Source of the DNA: an uncultured Actinomycetota bacterium
GTDB taxonomy: Bacteria; Actinomycetota; Actinomycetes; Propionibacteriales; Nocardioidaceae
Reading direction: 5' to 3'
Assembly: GCA_963839565.1 (NCBI GenBank)
Contig: CAWIVR010000027.1
Location: 196,897-260,896 of the forward strand
Length of the DNA stretch: 64,000 nt
Numbering within the stretch: position 1 is the first letter of the stretch; every line of letters starts with the position of its first letter. Positions 62,893-64,000 of this stretch are shown here, in pieces. The notes under the pieces were generated by a model that worked only from the letters and a program-made list of their open reading frames with translations, was not told the origin of the DNA and searched no databases. The translations under genes and the position numbers were made by a program.

Positions 62893-63056
62893 CCGGCGAA
62901 CGCCGCGACGAGCAGCAGCAGGGCGGCCGTGACCACGGCGACCTGGACCCGACGCCGCCGGTACCACGACCGCTTCGGGGGCCGGTAGGCGAACGCGCCG
63001 ACGGCCGGCGCGGGCGGAGGGACAAGGTGCCAGAGAGCCGAGCCGTGCTTGGTCAT
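62889..63056 (-). CDS. 55-aa small membrane protein (absent from the ORF track)
   Basis: MTKHGSALWHLVPPPAPAVGAFAYRPPKRSWYRRRRVQVAVVTAALLLLVAAFAG; GAGGA RBS; stop overlaps the ltaE stop (CTAG). Confidence 0.6.
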   Translation of the reverse strand: MTKHGSALWHLVPPPAPAVGAFAYRPPKRSWYRRRRVQVAVVTAALLLLVAAFAG

Positions 63057-63163
63057 TCATGTCCTCGAGAGATACCGGGCGGATCCCCGTGAGCCGCCTC
63101 GGCGCGACCTTATGCGTGGGTCCGGGACCGGAGCCGGGCTTCGGTCGGAAATCGTCCGATCGG

Positions 63164-64000
63164 TCAGGCCGCGGGGGTCCCGATGAGCGTGACCTCGCTG
63201 ACGGCCGTGTAGTCCCGGGCGCTGCGGCCGGTCCCCGGACTGCTGACCGCGACCAGGTGCAGCCGGACGACGGTCGTGGTGACCGGGCCGCCCAGGTCGA
63301 TCGTCTGCATCTTCTTCGTCGCCCCCAGCGGCTGGTCGACCGTCGTGCCGTCGTCGAAGACCCACTGCGCGGAGAGCACGCGGCGGTTGCCGACGTACCA
63401 GTTGAGGTTGCGGCCCCCGACGACGGCGTTCTTCGCGTAGCCGTTGATCATCCCCACCCGCGTCATCGTCGTCGGGCCGGCCAGCTGGAAGGTGAGCTCC
63501 ACGCCGGTGCCGTCCCCGGCCATCCGCCAGCAGGTGTCGGCGCGCCCGTCGAGCATGTTGGCCGCGACGTACGTCGTGCGGTTGCCGAACGCGTCCTCGT
63601 TCGGCGGCGCCGCTGCCGGCGCCGTGGCGGTCGCCGAGGCGGCCACGTCGACCGGGTCGCCCGCGGGCACGGTCTCCGACGGTGGTGGGGCCGACGAGCT
63701 CGGCTCCTCGGCCGCCGACGAGGACGGCGGCGCCGGCTCGTCAGTGGTGTCCTGGGAGGCCGAGACCGACGCGGCCGGTGACTCCGTGGCGGAGTCGTCG
63801 TCGTCGGCCGAGAGCAGCAGCCAGATGCCGCCGACGGCGACCAGGAGCAGCAACAGCGCCACGAGCACCCACGGCAGCCAGGCCGGCACCATGCGGCGCT
63901 CGTAGTCGTCGTCGAGGTCCTGGTCGTCCAGGTAGGAGGTCGGGTCCGCTGCAGGGGGTGGTGCCGGCCGCACGTCCGGGTCCACGTGCGCCTCGACGCT
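63164..64000 (-). CDS. Membrane-anchored protein with S/A/P-rich linker and discoidin/NADase-type glycan-binding-like C-terminus (5' end outside window)
   Basis: TM LPWVLVALLLLLVAVGGIWLLL; ANMLDGRADTCW, GMINGYAK, TAVSEV. Confidence 0.65.
   Translation of the reverse strand, partial: SVEAHVDPDVRPAPPPAADPTSYLDDQDLDDDYERRMVPAWLPWVLVALLLLLVAVGGIWLLLSADDDDSATESPAASVSASQDTTDEPAPPSSSAAEEPSSSAPPPSETVPAGDPVDVAASATATAPAAAPPNEDAFGNRTTYVAANMLDGRADTCWRMAGDGTGVELTFQLAGPTTMTRVGMINGYAKNAVVGGRNLNWYVGNRRVLSAQWVFDDGTTVDQPLGATKKMQTIDLGGPVTTTVVRLHLVAVSSPGTGRSARDYTAVSEVTLIGTPAA

Overview
High-GC actinobacterial chromosome segment; gene content and style most resemble Nocardioides-like Propionibacteriales (inference, not verified). 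It carries the conserved actinobacterial backbone ctaE - trpD - Lrp/AsnC - DnaQ/UvrC-like nuclease - NYN protein - NlpC/P60 - fadD - SRPBCC - ArsA-like - glucokinase - plsC - MacS/MacR - pfkA - class II DAHP synthase - threonine aldolase. Cell-surface islands interrupt it: a SigK/RskA/fasciclin module, GT-C-like membrane proteins, a ~1000-aa Fn3/Ig secreted protein, a tandem GT2 + GT-C duplication, a Tad/Flp pilus locus with an embedded two-component system, an HTTM + DUF393 pair, an OafA-like acyltransferase and a GH59 remnant. Many accessory genes contain scattered indels, most likely long-read errors, so their coordinates are approximate. No rRNA, tRNA, CRISPR array, transposase or integrase was seen. 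The most interesting signals are non-coding: (1) an AT-rich TTCTTTAC[C/G] motif upstream of the surface-protein gene, both GT2/GT-C cassettes and the Tad operon; (2) FliA/WhiG-like CTCA-N17-GCCGAA-type promoters and a TAGTCC-N4-GGACTA palindrome at the pilus genes; (3) PafBC-type DNA-damage promoters, one in front of a 68-aa Cys4 microprotein; (4) a c-di-AMP riboswitch; (5) GntR- and LacI-type operators; (6) many apparently leaderless genes.
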